Below, one piece after another: positions 17,801-34,100 of a stretch of 64,000 nt of DNA. Made by a program: the position numbers and the translations under genes. This DNA is from Eledone cirrhosa (lineage: Eukaryota), in contig OZ024742.1 in the NCBI GenBank assembly GCA_964016885.1, positions 288,610,001-288,674,000 of the forward strand. Reading direction: 5' to 3'. The notes beneath the pieces are model-generated. The model worked only from the letters and a program-made list of their open reading frames with translations, did no database searches and had not been told where the DNA came from. Position 1 is the first letter of the stretch. Each line of letters starts with the position of its first letter.

Positions 17801-19299
17801 AGTCACAGATACACACACACACACACTATAGTAGGTGGTGTACCAACAGTCACATATACACACACACACTATAGTAAGTGGTGTACCAACAGTCACAGAC
17901 ACACACATACACTACAGTAGGTGGTGTACCAACAGTCACAGATACACACACTATAGTAGGTGGTGTACCAACAGTCTCAGACACACACACACACTATAGT
18001 AAGTGGTGTACCAACAGTCACAGACACACACATACACTACAGTAGGTGGTGTACCAACAGTCACAGATATACACACACACACACTATAGTAGGTGGTGTA
18101 CCAACAGTCACAGATACACACACACACACTATAGTAGGTGGTGTACCAACGGTCACAGACACACACACACACACACACACTATAGTTGGTGGTGTACCAA
18201 CAGTCACAGACACACACACACACTATAGTAGGTGGTGTACCAACAGTCACAGATACACACACACACACTATAGTAGGTGGTGTACCAACAGTCACAGACA
18301 CACACACACACTATAGTAGGTGGTGTACCAACAGTCACAGACACACACACACACTATAGTAGGTGGTGTACCAACAGTCACAGACACACACACACACTAT
18401 AGTAGGTGGTGTACCAACAGTCACAGACACACACACACACTATAGTAGGTGGTGTACCAACAGTCACAGATACACACACACTCACTATAGTAGGTGGTGT
18501 ACCAACAGTCACAGACACACACGCACACTATAGTAGGTGGTGTACCAACAGTCACAGATACACACACACACACTATAGTAGGTGGTGTACCAACAGTCAC
18601 AGATACACACACACACACTATAGTAGGTGGTGTACCAACAGTCACAGACACACACACACACACTATAGTAGGTGGTGTACCAACAGTCACAGACACACAC
18701 ACTATAGTAGGTGGTGTACCAACAGTCACAGATACACACACACACACACTATAGTAGGTGGTGTACCAACACTCACAGACACACACACACACTATAGTAG
18801 GTGGTGTACCAACAGTCACAGACACACACACACACTATAGTAGGTGGTGTACCAACAGTCACAGACACACACACACACTATAGTAGGTGGTGTACCACCA
18901 ACAGTCACAGATACACACACACACACACTATAGTAGGTGGTGTACCAACAGTCACAGACACACACACACACACTATAGTAGGTGGTGTACCAACAGTCAC
19001 AGACACACACACACTATAGTAGGTGGTGTACCAACAGTCACAGACACACACATACACTATAGTAAGTGGTGTACCAACAGTCACAGACACACACATACAC
19101 TATAGTAAGTGGTGTACCAACAGTCACAGATACACACACACACACTATAGTAGGTGGTGTACCAACAGTCACAGACACACACATACACTATAGTAGGTGG
19201 TGTACCAACAGTCACAGACACACACATACACTATAGTAGGTGGTGTACCAACAGTCACAGATACACACACACACACTATAGTAGGTGGTGTACCAACAG

Positions 19300-22200
19300 T
19301 CACAGACACACACACACACTATAGTAAGTGGTGTACCAACAGTCACAGACACACACATACACTACAGTAGGTGGTGTACCAACAGTCACAGATACACACA
19401 CACACTATAGTAGGTGGCGTACCAACAGTCACAGATACACACACACACACTATAGTAGGTGGTGTACCAACGGTCACAGACACACACACACACACTATAG
19501 TTGGTGGTGTACCAACAGTCACAGACACACACATACACTATAGTAGGTGGTGTACCAACAGTCACAGACACACACATACACTATAGTAAGTGGTGTACCA
19601 ACAGTCACAGATACACACACACACTATAGTAGGTGGTGTACCAACAGTCACAGACACACACACACACTATAGTAGGTGGTGTACCAACAGTCACAGATAC
19701 ACACACACACTATAGTAGGTGGTGTACCAACAGTCACAGACACACACACACTATAGTAAGTGGTGTACCAACAGTCACAGATACACACACACACACACTA
19801 TAGTAGGTGGTGTACCAACAGTCACAGACACACACACACACACTATAGTAGGTGGTGTACCAACAGTCACAGACACACACATAGACTATAGTAAGTGGTG
19901 TACCAACAGTCACAGATACACACACACACACTATAGTAGGTGGTGTACCAACAGTCACAGACACACACATACACTATAGTAGGTGGTGTACCAACAGTCA
20001 CAGATACACACACACACACTATAGTAGGTGGTGTACCAACAGTCACAGATACACACACAGACTATAGTAAGTGGTGTACCAACAGTCACAGACACACACA
20101 TACACTACAGTAGGTGGTGTACCAACAGTCACAGACACACACATACACTATAGTAAGTGGTGTACCAACAGTCACAGACACACACATACACTATAGTAAG
20201 TGGTGTACCAACAGTCACAGATACACACACACACACTAGAGTAGGTGGTGTACCAACAGTCACAGACACACACATACACTATAGTAGGTGGTGTACCAAC
20301 AGTCACAGACACACACATACACTATAGTAGGTGGTGTACCAACAGTCACAGATACACACACACACACTATAGTAGGTGGTGTACCAACAGTCACAGATAC
20401 ACACACACACTATAGTAAGTGGTGTACCAACAGTCACAGACACACACATACACTACAGTAGGTGGTGTACCAACAGTCACAGATACACACACACACACAC
20501 TATAGTAGGTGGTGTACCAACAGTCACAGACACACACACACACACTATAGTAAGTGGTGTACCAACAGTCACAGACACACACATACACTACAGTAGGTGG
20601 TGTACCAACAGTCACAGATACACACACACACACTATAGTAGGTGGTGTACCAACAGTCACAGATACACACACACACACTATAGTAGGTGGTGTACCAACG
20701 GTCACAGACACACACACACACACTATAGTTGGTGGTGTTCCAACAGTCACAGACACACACATACACTATAGTAGGTGGTGTACCAACAGTCACAGACACA
20801 CACATACACTATAGTAAGTGGTGTACCAACAGTCACAGATACACACACACACTATAGTAGGTGGTGTACCAACAGTCACAGACACACACACACACTATAG
20901 TAGGTGGTGTACCAACAGTCACAGATACACACACACACTATAGTAGGTGGTGTACCAACAGTCACAGACACACACACACTATAGTAAGTGGTGTACCAAC
21001 AGTCACAGATACACACACACACACGATAGTAGGTGGTGTACCAACAGTCACAGACACACACACACACACTATAGTAGGTGGTGTACCAACAGTCACAGAC
21101 ACACACATAGACTATAGTAAGTGGTGTACCAACAGTCACAGACACACACACACTATAGTAGGTGGTGTACCAACAGTCACAGACACACACATACACTATA
21201 GTAAGTGGTGTACCAACAGTCACAGACACACACATACACTATAGTAAGTGGTGTACCAACAGTCACAGATACACACACACACACTATAGTAGGTGGTGTA
21301 CCAACAGTCACAGACACACACATACACTATAGTAGGTGGAGTACCAACAGTCACAGACACACACATACACTATAGTAGGTGGTGTACCAACAGTCACAGA
21401 TACACACACACACACTATAGTAGGTGGTATACCAACAGTCACAGATACACACACACACTATAGTAAGTTCTGTGCCAACAGTCACAGACACACACATACA
21501 CTACAGTAGGTGGTGTACCAACAGTCACAGATACACACACACACACTATAGTAGGTGGTGTACCAACAGTCACAGACACACACACACACTATAGTAAGTG
21601 GTGTACCAACAGTCACAGACACACACATACACTACAGTAGGTGGTGTACCAACAGTCACAGATACACACACACACACTATAGTAGGTGGTGTACCAACAG
21701 TCAGAGATACACACACACACACTATAGTAGGTGGTGTACCAACGGTCACAGACACACACACACACACTATAGTTGGTGGTGTACCAACAGTCACAGACAC
21801 ACACATACACTATAGTAGGTGGTGTACCAACAGTCACAGACACACACATACACTATAGTAAGTGGTGTACCAACAGTCACAGATACACACACACACTATA
21901 GTAGGTGGTGTACCAACAGTCACAGACACACACACACACTATAGTAGGTGGTGTACCAACAGTCACAGATACACACACACACTATAGTAGGTGGTGTACC
22001 AACAGTCACAGACACACACACACTATAGTAAGTGGTGTACCAACAGTCACAGATACACACACACACACACTATAGTAGGTGGTGTACCAACAGTCACAGA
22101 CACACACACACACACTATAGTAGGTGGTGTACCAACAGTCACAGACACACACATAGACTATAGTAAGTGGTGTACCAACAGTCACAGATACACACACACA

Positions 22201-25200
22201 CACTATAGTAGGTGGTGTACCAACAGTCACAGACACACACATACACTATAGTAGGTGGTGTACCAACAGTCACAGATACACACACACACACTATAGTAGG
22301 TGGTGTACCAACAGTCACAGATACACACACAGACTATAGTAAGTGGTGTACCAACAGTCACAGACACACACATACACTACAGTAGGTGGTGTACCAACAG
22401 TCACAGACACACACATACACTATAGTAAGTGGTGTACCAACAGTCACAGACACACACATACACTATAGTAAGTGGTGTACCAACAGTCACAGATACACAC
22501 ACACACACTAGAGTAGGTGGTGTACCAACAGTCACAGACACACACATACACTATAGTAGGTGGTGTACCAACAGTCACAGACACACACATACACTATAGT
22601 AGGTGGTGTACCAACAGTCACAGATACACACACACACACTATAGTAGGTGGTGTACCAACAGTCACAGATACACACACACACTATAGTAAGTGGTGTACC
22701 AACAGTCACAGACACACACATACACTACAGTAGGTGGTGTACCAACAGTCACAGATACACACACACACACACTATAGTAGGTGGTGTACCAACAGTCACA
22801 GACACACACACACACACTATAGTAAGTGGTGTACCAACAGTCACAGACACACACATACACTACAGTAGGTGGTGTACCAACAGTCACAGATACACACACA
22901 CACACTATAGTAGGTGGTGTACCAACAGTCACAGATACACACACACACACTATAGTAGGTGGTGTACCAACGGTCACAGACACACACACACACACTATAG
23001 TTGGTGGTGTTCCAACAGTCACAGACACACACATACACTATAGTAGGTGGTGTACCAACAGTCACAGACACACACATACACTATAGTAAGTGGTGTACCA
23101 ACAGTCACAGATACACACACACACTATAGTAGGTGGTGTACCAACAGTCACAGACACACACACACACTATAGTAGGTGGTGTACCAACAGTCACAGATAC
23201 ACACACACACTATAGTAGGTGGTGTACCAACAGTCACAGACACACACACACTATAGTAAGTGGTGTACCAACAGTCACAGATACACACACACACACGATA
23301 GTAGGTGGTGTACCAACAGTCACAGACACACACACACACACTATAGTAGGTGGTGTACCAACAGTCACAGACACACACATAGACTATAGTAAGTGGTGTA
23401 CCAACAGTCACAGACACACACACACTATAGTAGGTGGTGTACCAACAGTCACAGACACACACATACACTATAGTAAGTGGTGTACCAACAGTCACAGACA
23501 CACACATACACTATAGTAAGTGGTGTACCAACAGTCACAGATACACACACACACACTACAGTAGGTGGTGTACCAACAGTCACAGACACACACATACACT
23601 ATAGTAGGTGGAGTACCAACAGTCACAGACACACACATACACTATAGTAGGTGGTGTACCAACAGTCACAGATACACACACACACACTATAGTAGGTGGT
23701 ATACCAACAGTCACAGATACACACACACACTATAGTAAGTTCTGTGCCAACAGTCACAGACACACACATACACTACAGTAGGTGGTGTACCAACAGTCAC
23801 AGATACACACACACACACTATAGTAGGTGGTGTACCAACAGTCACAGACACACACACACACTATAGTAAGTGGTGTACCAACAGTCACAGACACACACAT
23901 ACACTACAGTAGGTGGTGTACCAACAGTCACAGATACACACACACACACTATAGTAGGTGGTGTACCAACAGTCAGAGATACACACACACACACTATAGT
24001 AGGTGGTGTACCAACAGTCACAGACACACACACACACACTATAGTTGGTGGTGTACCAACAGTCACAGACACACACATACACTATAGTAGGTGGTGTACC
24101 AACAGTCACAGACACACACATACACTATAGTAAGTGGTGTACCAACAGTCACAGATACACACACACACTATAGTAGGTGGTGTACCAACAGTCACAGACA
24201 CACACACACACTATAGTAGGTGGTGTACCAACAGTCACAGATACACACACACACTATAGTAGGTGGTGTACCAACAGTCACAGACACACACACACTATAG
24301 TAAGTGGTGTACCAACAGTCACAGATACACACACACACACACTATAGTAGGTGGTGTACCAACAGTCACAGACACACACACACACACTATAGTAGGTGGT
24401 GTACCAACAGTCACAGACACACACATAGACTATAGTAAGTGGTGTACCAACAGTCACAGATACACACACACACACTATAGTAGGTGGTGTACCAACAGTC
24501 ACAGACACACACATACACTATAGTAGGTGGTGTACCAACAGTCACAGATACACACACACACACTATAGTAGGTGGTGTACCAACAGTCACAGATACACAC
24601 ACAGACTATAGTAAGTGGTGTACCAACAGTCACAGACACACACATACACTACAGTAGGTGGTGTACCAACAGTCACAGACACACACATACACTATAGTAA
24701 GTGGTGTACCAACAGTCACAGACACACACATACACTATAGTAAGTGGTGTACCAACAGTCACAGATACACACACACACACTAGAGTAGGTGGTGTACCAA
24801 CAGTCACAGACACACACATACACTATAGTAGGTGGTGTACCAACAGTCACAGACACACACATACACTATAGTAGGTGGTGTACCAACAGTCACAGATACA
24901 CACACACACACTATAGTAGGTGGTGTACCAACAGTCACAGATACACACACACACTATAGTAAGTGGTGTACCAACAGTCACAGACACACACATACACTAC
25001 AGTAGGTGGTGTACCAACAGTCACAGATACACACACACACACACTATAGTAGGTGGTGTACCAACAGTCACAGACACACACACACACACTATAGTAAGTG
25101 GTGTACCAACAGTCACAGACACACACATACACTACAGTAGGTGGTGTACCAACAGTCACAGATACACACACACACACTATAGTAGGTGGTGTACCAACAG

Positions 25201-25690
25201 TCACAGATACACACACACACACTATAGTAGGTGGTGTACCAACGGTCACAGACACACACACACACACTATAGTTGGTGGTGTTCCAACAGTCACAGACAC
25301 ACACATACACTATAGTAGGTGGTGTACCAACAGTCACAGACACACACATACACTATAGTAAGTGGTGTACCAACAGTCACAGATACACACACACACTATA
25401 GTAGGTGGTGTACCAACAGTCACAGACACACACACACACTATAGTAGGTGGTGTACCAACAGTCACAGATACACACACACACTATAGTAGGTGGTGTACC
25501 AACAGTCACAGACACACACACACTATAGTAAGTGGTGTACCAACAGTCACAGATACACACACACACACGATAGTAGGTGGTGTACCAACAGTCACAGACA
25601 CACACACACACACTATAGTAGGTGGTGTACCAACAGTCACAGACACACACATAGACTATAGTAAGTGGTGTACCAACAGTCACAGATACA
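19300..25690. repeat. 2,272 bp higher-order repeat of satellite A, about 2.8 tandem copies
   Basis: The rare variant CTAGAG occurs at 20,236, 22,508 and 24,780. Identical ORF-track entries occur at 19,719/21,991/24,263 and at 20,376/22,648/24,920. Boundaries are approximate. Confidence 0.9.
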
Positions 25691-28600
25691 CACACACACA
25701 CTATAGTAGGTGGTGTACCAACAGTCACAGACACACACGCACACTATAGTAGGTGGTGTACCAACAGTCACAGATACACACACACACACTATAGTAGGTG
25801 GTGTACCAACAGTCACAGATACACACACACACTATAGTAAGTGGTGTACCAACAGTCACAGACACACACATACACTACAGTAGGTGGTGTACCGACAGTC
25901 ACAGATACACACACACACACTATAGTAGGTGGTGTACCAACAGTCACAGATACACACATACACTACAGTAGGTGGTGTACCAACAGTCACAGATACACAC
26001 ACACACACTATAGTAGGTGGTGTACCAACAGTCACAGACACACACACACACACTATAGTAGGTGGTGTACCAACAGTCACAGACACACACACTATAGTAG
26101 GTGGTGTACCAACAGTCACAGATACACACACACACACTATAGTAGGTGGTGTACCAACAGTCACAGACACACACACACACTATAGTAGGTGGTGTACCAA
26201 CAGTCACAGACACACACACACACTATAGTAGGTGGTGTACCAACAGTCACAGACACACACACACACTATAGTAGGTGGTGTACCACCAACAGTCACAGAT
26301 ACACACACACACACTATAGTAGGTGGTGTACCAACAGTCACAGACACACACACACACACTATAGTAGGTGGTGTACCAGCAGTCACAGACACACACACAC
26401 ACACTATAGTAGGTAGTGTACCAACAGTCAGAGACACACACATACACTATAGTAAGTGGTGTACCAACAGTCACAGATACACACACACACACTATAGTAG
26501 GTGGTGTACCAACAGTCACAGACACACACACACACACTATAGTAGGTGGTGTACCAACAGTCACAGACACACACATACACTATAGTAAGTGGTGTACCAA
26601 CAGTCACAGATACACACACACACACTATAGTAGGTGGTGTACCAACAGTCACAGACACACACATACACTATAGTAGGTGGTGTACCAACAGTCACAGACA
26701 CACACACATACACTATAGTAGGTGGTGTACCAACAGTCACAGATACACACACACACACACTATAGTAGGTGGTGTACCAACAGTCACAGATACACACACA
26801 CACTATAGTAAGTGGTGTACCAACAGTCACAGACACACACATACACTACAGTAGGTGGTGTACCAACAGTCACAGATATACACACACACACACTATAGTA
26901 GGTGGTGTACCAACAGTCACAGATACACACACACACACTATAGTAGGTGGTGTACCAACGGTCACAGACACACACACACACACTATAGTTGGTGGTGTAC
27001 CAACAGTCACAGACACACACACACACTATAGTAGGTGGTGTACCAACAGTCACAGATACACACACACACACTATAGTAGGTGGTGTACCAACAGTCACAG
27101 ACACACACACACACACTATAGTAGGTGGTGTACCAACAGTCACAAACACACACACACACTATAGTAGGTGGTGTACCAACAGTCACAGACACACACACAC
27201 ACACTATAGTAGGTGGTGTACCACCAACAGTCACAGATACACACACACACACTATAGTAGGTGGTGTACCAACAGTCACAGACACACACACACACACTAT
27301 AGTAGGTGGTGTACCAGCAGTCACAGACACACACACACACACTATAGTAGGTAGTGTACCAACAGTCAGAGACACACACATACACTATAGTAAGTGGTGT
27401 ACCAACAGTCACAGATACACACACACACACTATAGTAGGTGGTGTACCAACAGTCACAGACACACACACACACACTATAGTAGGTGGTGTACCAACAGTC
27501 ACAGACACACACATACACTATAGTAAGTGGTGTACCAACAGTCACAGATACACACACACACACTATAGTAGGTGGTGTACCAACAGTCACAGACACACAC
27601 ATACACTATAGTAGGTGGTGTACCAACAGTCACAGACACACACACATACACTATAGTAGGTGGTGTACCAACAGTCACAGATACACACACACACTATAGT
27701 AAGTGGTGTACCAACAGTCACAGACACACACATACACTACAGTAGGTGGTGTACCAACAGTCACAGATACACACACTATAGTAGGTGGTGTACCAACAGT
27801 CTCAGACACACACACACACTATAGTAAGTGGTGTACCAACAGTCACAGATACACACACACACTATAGTAAGTGGTGTACCAACAGTCACAGACACACACA
27901 TACACTACAGTAGGTGGTGTACCAACAGTCACAGATACACACACACACACACTATAGTAGGTGGTGTACCAACAGTCACAGACACACACACACACACTAT
28001 AGTAAGTGGTGTACCAACAGTCACAGACACACACATACACTACAGTAGGTGGTGTACCAACAGTCACAGATACACACACACACACTATAGTAGGTGGTGT
28101 ACAAACAGTCACAGATACACACACACACACTATAGTAGGTGGTGTACCAACGGTCACAGACACACACACACACACTATAGTTGGTGGTGTACCAACAGTC
28201 ACAGACACACACATACACTATAGTAGGTGGTGTACCAACAGTCACAGACACACACATACACTATAGTAAGTGGTGTACCAACAGTCACAGATACACACAC
28301 ACACTATAGTAGGTGGTGTACCAACAGTCACAGACACACACACACACTATAGTAGGTGGTGTACCAACAGTCACAGATACACACACACACTATAGTAGGT
28401 GGTGTACCAACAGTCACAGACACACACACACTATAGTAAGTGGTGTACCAACAGTCACAGATACACACACACACACGATAGTAGGTGGTGTACCAACAGT
28501 CACAGACACACACACACACACTATAGTAGGTGGTGTACCAACAGTCACAGACACACACATAGACTATAGTAAGTGGTGTACCAACAGTCACAGATACACA

Positions 28601-31199
28601 CACACACACTATAGTAGGTGGTGTACCAACAGTCACAGACACACACGCACACTATAGTAGGTGGTGTACCAACAGTCACAGATACACACACACACACACT
28701 ATAGTAGGTGGTGTACCAACAGTCACAGATACACACACACACTATAGTAAGTGGTGTACCAACAGTCACAGACACACACATACACTACAGTAGGTGGTGT
28801 ACCGACAGTCACAGATACACACACACACACTATAGTAGGTGGTGTACCAACAGTCACAGATACACACATACACTACAGTAGGTGGTGTACCAACAGTCAC
28901 AGATACACACACACACACTATAGTAGGTGGTGTACCAACAGTCACAGACACACACACACACACTATAGTAGGTGGTGTACCAACAGTCACAGACACACAC
29001 ACTATAGTAGGTGGTGTACCAACAGTCACAGATACACACACACACACTATAGTAGGTGGTGTACCAACAGTCACAGACACACACACACACTATAGTAGGT
29101 GGTGTACCAACAGTCACAGACACACACACACACTATAGTAGGTGGTGTACCAACAGTCACAGACACACACACACACTATAGTAGGTGGTGTACCACCAAC
29201 AGTCACAGATACACACACACACACTATAGTAGGTGGTGTACCAACAGTCACAGACACACACACACACACTATAGTAGGTGGTGTACCAGCAGTCACAGAC
29301 ACACACACACACACTATAGTAGGTAGTGTACCAACAGTCAGAGACACACACATACACTATAGTAAGTGGTGTACCAACAGTCACAGATACACACACACAC
29401 ACTATAGTAGGTGGTGTACCAACAGTCACAGACACACACACACACACTATAGTAGGTGGTGTACCAACAGTCACAGACACACACATACACTATAGTAAGT
29501 GGTGTACCAACAGTCACAGATACACACACACACACTATAGTAGGTGGTGTACCAACAGTCACAGACACACACATACACTATAGTAGGTGGTGTACCAACA
29601 GTCACAGACACACACACATACACTATAGTAGGTGGTGTACCAACAGTCACAGATACACACACACACACACTATAGTAGGTGGTGTACCAACAGTCACAGA
29701 TACACACACACACTATAGTAAGTGGTGTACCAACAGTCACAGACACACACATACACTACAGTAGGTGGTGTACCAACAGTCACAGATACACACACTATAG
29801 TAGGTGGTGTACCAACAGTCTCAGACACACACACACACTATAGTAAGTGGTGTACCAACAGTCACAGACACACACATACACTACAGTAGGTGGTGTACCA
29901 ACAGTCACAGATATACACACACACACACTATAGTAGGTGGTGTACCAACAGTCACAGATACACACACACACACTATAGTAGGTGGTGTACCAACGGTCAC
30001 AGACACACACACACACACTATAGTTGGTGGTGTACCAACAGTCACAGACACACACTATAGTAGGTGGTGTACCAACAGTCACAGATACACACACACACAC
30101 TATAGTAGGTGGTGTACCAACAGTCACAGACACACACACACACACACACTATAGTAGGTGGTGTACCAACAGTCACAAACACACACACACACTATAGTAG
30201 GTGGTGTACCAACAGTCACAGACACACACATACACACTATAGTAGGTGGTGTACCACCAACAGTCACAGATACACACACACACACTATAGTAGGTGGTGT
30301 ACCAACAGTCACAGACACACACACACACACTATAGTAGGTGGTGTACCAGCAGTCACAGACACACACACACACACTATAGTAGGTAGTGTACCAACAGTC
30401 AGAGACACACACATACACTATAGTAAGTGGTGTACCAACAGTCACAGATACACACACACACACTATAGTAGGTGGTGTACCAACAGTCACAGACACACAC
30501 ACACACACTATAGTAGGTGGTGTACCAACAGTCACAGACACACATACACTATAGTAAGTGGTGTACCAACAGTCACAGATACACACACACACACTATAGT
30601 AGGTGGTGTACCAACAGTCACAGACACACACATACACTATAGTAGGTGGTGTACCAACAGTCACAGACACACACACATACACTATAGTAGGTGGTGTACC
30701 AACAGTCACAGATACACACACACACTATAGTAAGTGGTGTACCAACAGTCACAGACACACACATACACTACAGTAGGTGGTGTACCAACAGTCACAGATA
30801 CACACACTATAGTAGGTGGTGTACCAACAGTCTCAGACACACACACACACTATAGTAAGTGGTGTACCAACAGTCACAGACACACACATACACTACAGTA
30901 GGTGGTGTACCAACAGTCACAGATATACACACACATACACTATAGTAGGTGGTGTACCAACAGTCACAGATACACACACCCACTATAGTAGGTGGTGTAC
31001 CAACGGTCACAGACACACACACACACACACACTATAGTTGGTGGTGTACCAACAGTCACAGACACACACACACACTATAGTAAGTGGTGTACCAACAGTC
31101 ACAGACACACACACACACTATAGTAGGTGGTGTACCAACAGTCACAGACACACACACACACTATAGTAGGTGGTGTACCAACAGTCACAGACACACACA

Positions 31200-34100
31200 C
31201 ACACTATAGTAGGTGGTGTACCAACAGTCACAGACACACACACACACTATAGTAGGTGGTGTACCAACAGTCACAGATACACACACACACACTATAGTAG
31301 GTGGTGTACCAACAGTCACAGACACACACGCACACTATAGTAAGTGGTGTACCAACAGTCACAGACACACACACACACACTATAGTAGGTGGTGTACCAA
31401 CAGTCACAGACACACACATAGACTATAGTAAGTGGTGTACCAACAGTCACAGATACACACACACACACTATAGTAGGTGGTGTACCAACAGTCACAGACA
31501 CACACGCACACTATAGTAGGTGGTGTACCAACAGTCACAGATACACACACACACACTATAGTAGGTGGTGTACCAACAGTCACAGATACACACACACACT
31601 ATAGTAAGTGGTGTACCAACAGTCACAGACACACACATACACTACAGTAGGTGGTGTACCAACAGTCACAGATACACACACACACACTATAGTAGGTGGT
31701 GTACCAACAGTCACAGATACACACACACACACTATAGTAGGTGGTGTACCAACAGTCACAGATACACACACACACACTATAGTAGGTGGTGTACCAACAG
31801 TCACAGACACACACACACACACTATAGTAGGTGGTGTACCAACAGTCACAGACACACACACTATAGTAGGTGGTGTACCAACAGTCACAGATACACACAC
31901 ACACACTATAGTAGGTGGTGTACCAACAGTCACAGACACACACACACACTATAGTAGGTGGTGTACCAACAGTCACAGACACACACACACACTATAGTAG
32001 GTGGTGTACCACCAACAGTCACAGATACACACACACACACTATAGTAGGTGGTGTACCAACAGTCACAGACACACACACACACACTATAGTAGGTGGTGT
32101 ACCAGCAGTCACAGACACACACACACACACTATAGTAGGTAGTGTACCAACAGTCAGAGACACACACATACACTATAGTAAGTGGTGTACCAACAGTCAC
32201 AGATACACACACACACACTATAGTAGGTGGTGTACCAACAGTCACAGACACACACACACACACTATAGTAGGTGGTGTACCAACAGTCACAGACACACAC
32301 ATACACTATAGTAAGTGGTGTACCAACAGTCACAGATACACACACACACACTATAGTAGGTGGTGTACCAACAGTCACAGACACACACATACACTATAGT
32401 AGGTGGTGTACCAACAGTCACAGACACACACACATACACTATAGTAGGTGGTGTACCAACAGTCACAGATACACACACACACACACTATAGTAGGTGGTG
32501 TACCAACAGTCACAGATACACACACACACTATAGTAAGTGGTGTACCAACAGTCACAGACACACACATACACTACAGTAGGTGGTGTACCAACAGTCACA
32601 GATACACACACTATAGTAGGTGGTGTACCAACAGTCTCAGACACACACACACACTATAGTAAGTGGTGTACCAACAGTCACAGACACACACATACACTAC
32701 AGTAGGTGGTGTACCAACAGTCACAGATATACACACACACACACTATAGTAGGTGGTGTACCAACAGTCACAGATACACACACACACACTATAGTAGGTG
32801 GTGTACCAACGGTCACAGACACACACACACACACTATAGTTGGTGGTGTACCAACAGTCACAGACACACACACACACTATAGTAGGTGGTGTACCAACAG
32901 TCACAGATACACACACACACACTATAGTAGGTGGTGTACCAACAGTCACAGACACACACACACACACTATAGTAGGTGGTGTACCAACAGTCACAAACAC
33001 ACACACACACTATAGTAGGTGGTGTACCAACAGTCACAGACACACACACACACTATAGTAGGTGGTGTACCACCAACAGTCACAGATACACACACACACA
33101 CTATAGTAGGTGGTGTACCAACAGTCACAGACACACACACACACACTATAGTAGGTGGTGTACCAGCAGTCACAGACACACACACACACACTATAGTAGG
33201 TAGTGTACCAACAGTCAGAGACACACACATACACTATAGTAAGTGGTGTACCAACAGTCACAGATACACACACACACACTATAGTAGGTGGTGTACCAAC
33301 AGTCACAGACACACACACACACACTATAGTAGGTGGTGTACCAACAGTCACAGACACACACATACACTATAGTAAGTGGTGTACCAACAGTCACAGATAC
33401 ACACACACACACTATAGTAGGTGGTGTACCAACAGTCACAGACACACACATACACTATAGTAGGTGGTGTACCAACAGTCACAGACACACACACATACAC
33501 TATAGTAGGTGGTGTACCAACAGTCACAGATACACACACACACTATAGTAAGTGGTGTACCAACAGTCACAGACACACACATACACTACAGTAGGTGGTG
33601 TACCAACAGTCACAGATACACACACTATAGTAGGTGGTGTACCAACAGTCTCAGACACACACACACACTATAGTAAGTGGTGTACCAACAGTCACAGACA
33701 CACACATACACTACAGTAGGTGGTGTACCAACAGTCACAGATATACACACACATACACTATAGTAGGTGGTGTACCAACAGTCACAGATACACACACCCA
33801 CTATAGTAGGTGGTGTACCAACGGTCACAGACACACACGCACACACACACTATAGTTGGTGGTGTACCAACAGTCACACACACACACTATAGTAGGTGGT
33901 GTACCAACAGTCACAGATACACACACACACACTATAGTAGGTGGTGTACCAACAGTCACAGACACACACACACGCTATAGTAGGTGGTGTACCAACAGTC
34001 ACAGACACACACACACACTATAGTAGGTGGTGTACCAACAGTCACAGACACACACACACACTATAGTAGGTGGTGTACCAACAGTCACAGACACACACAC

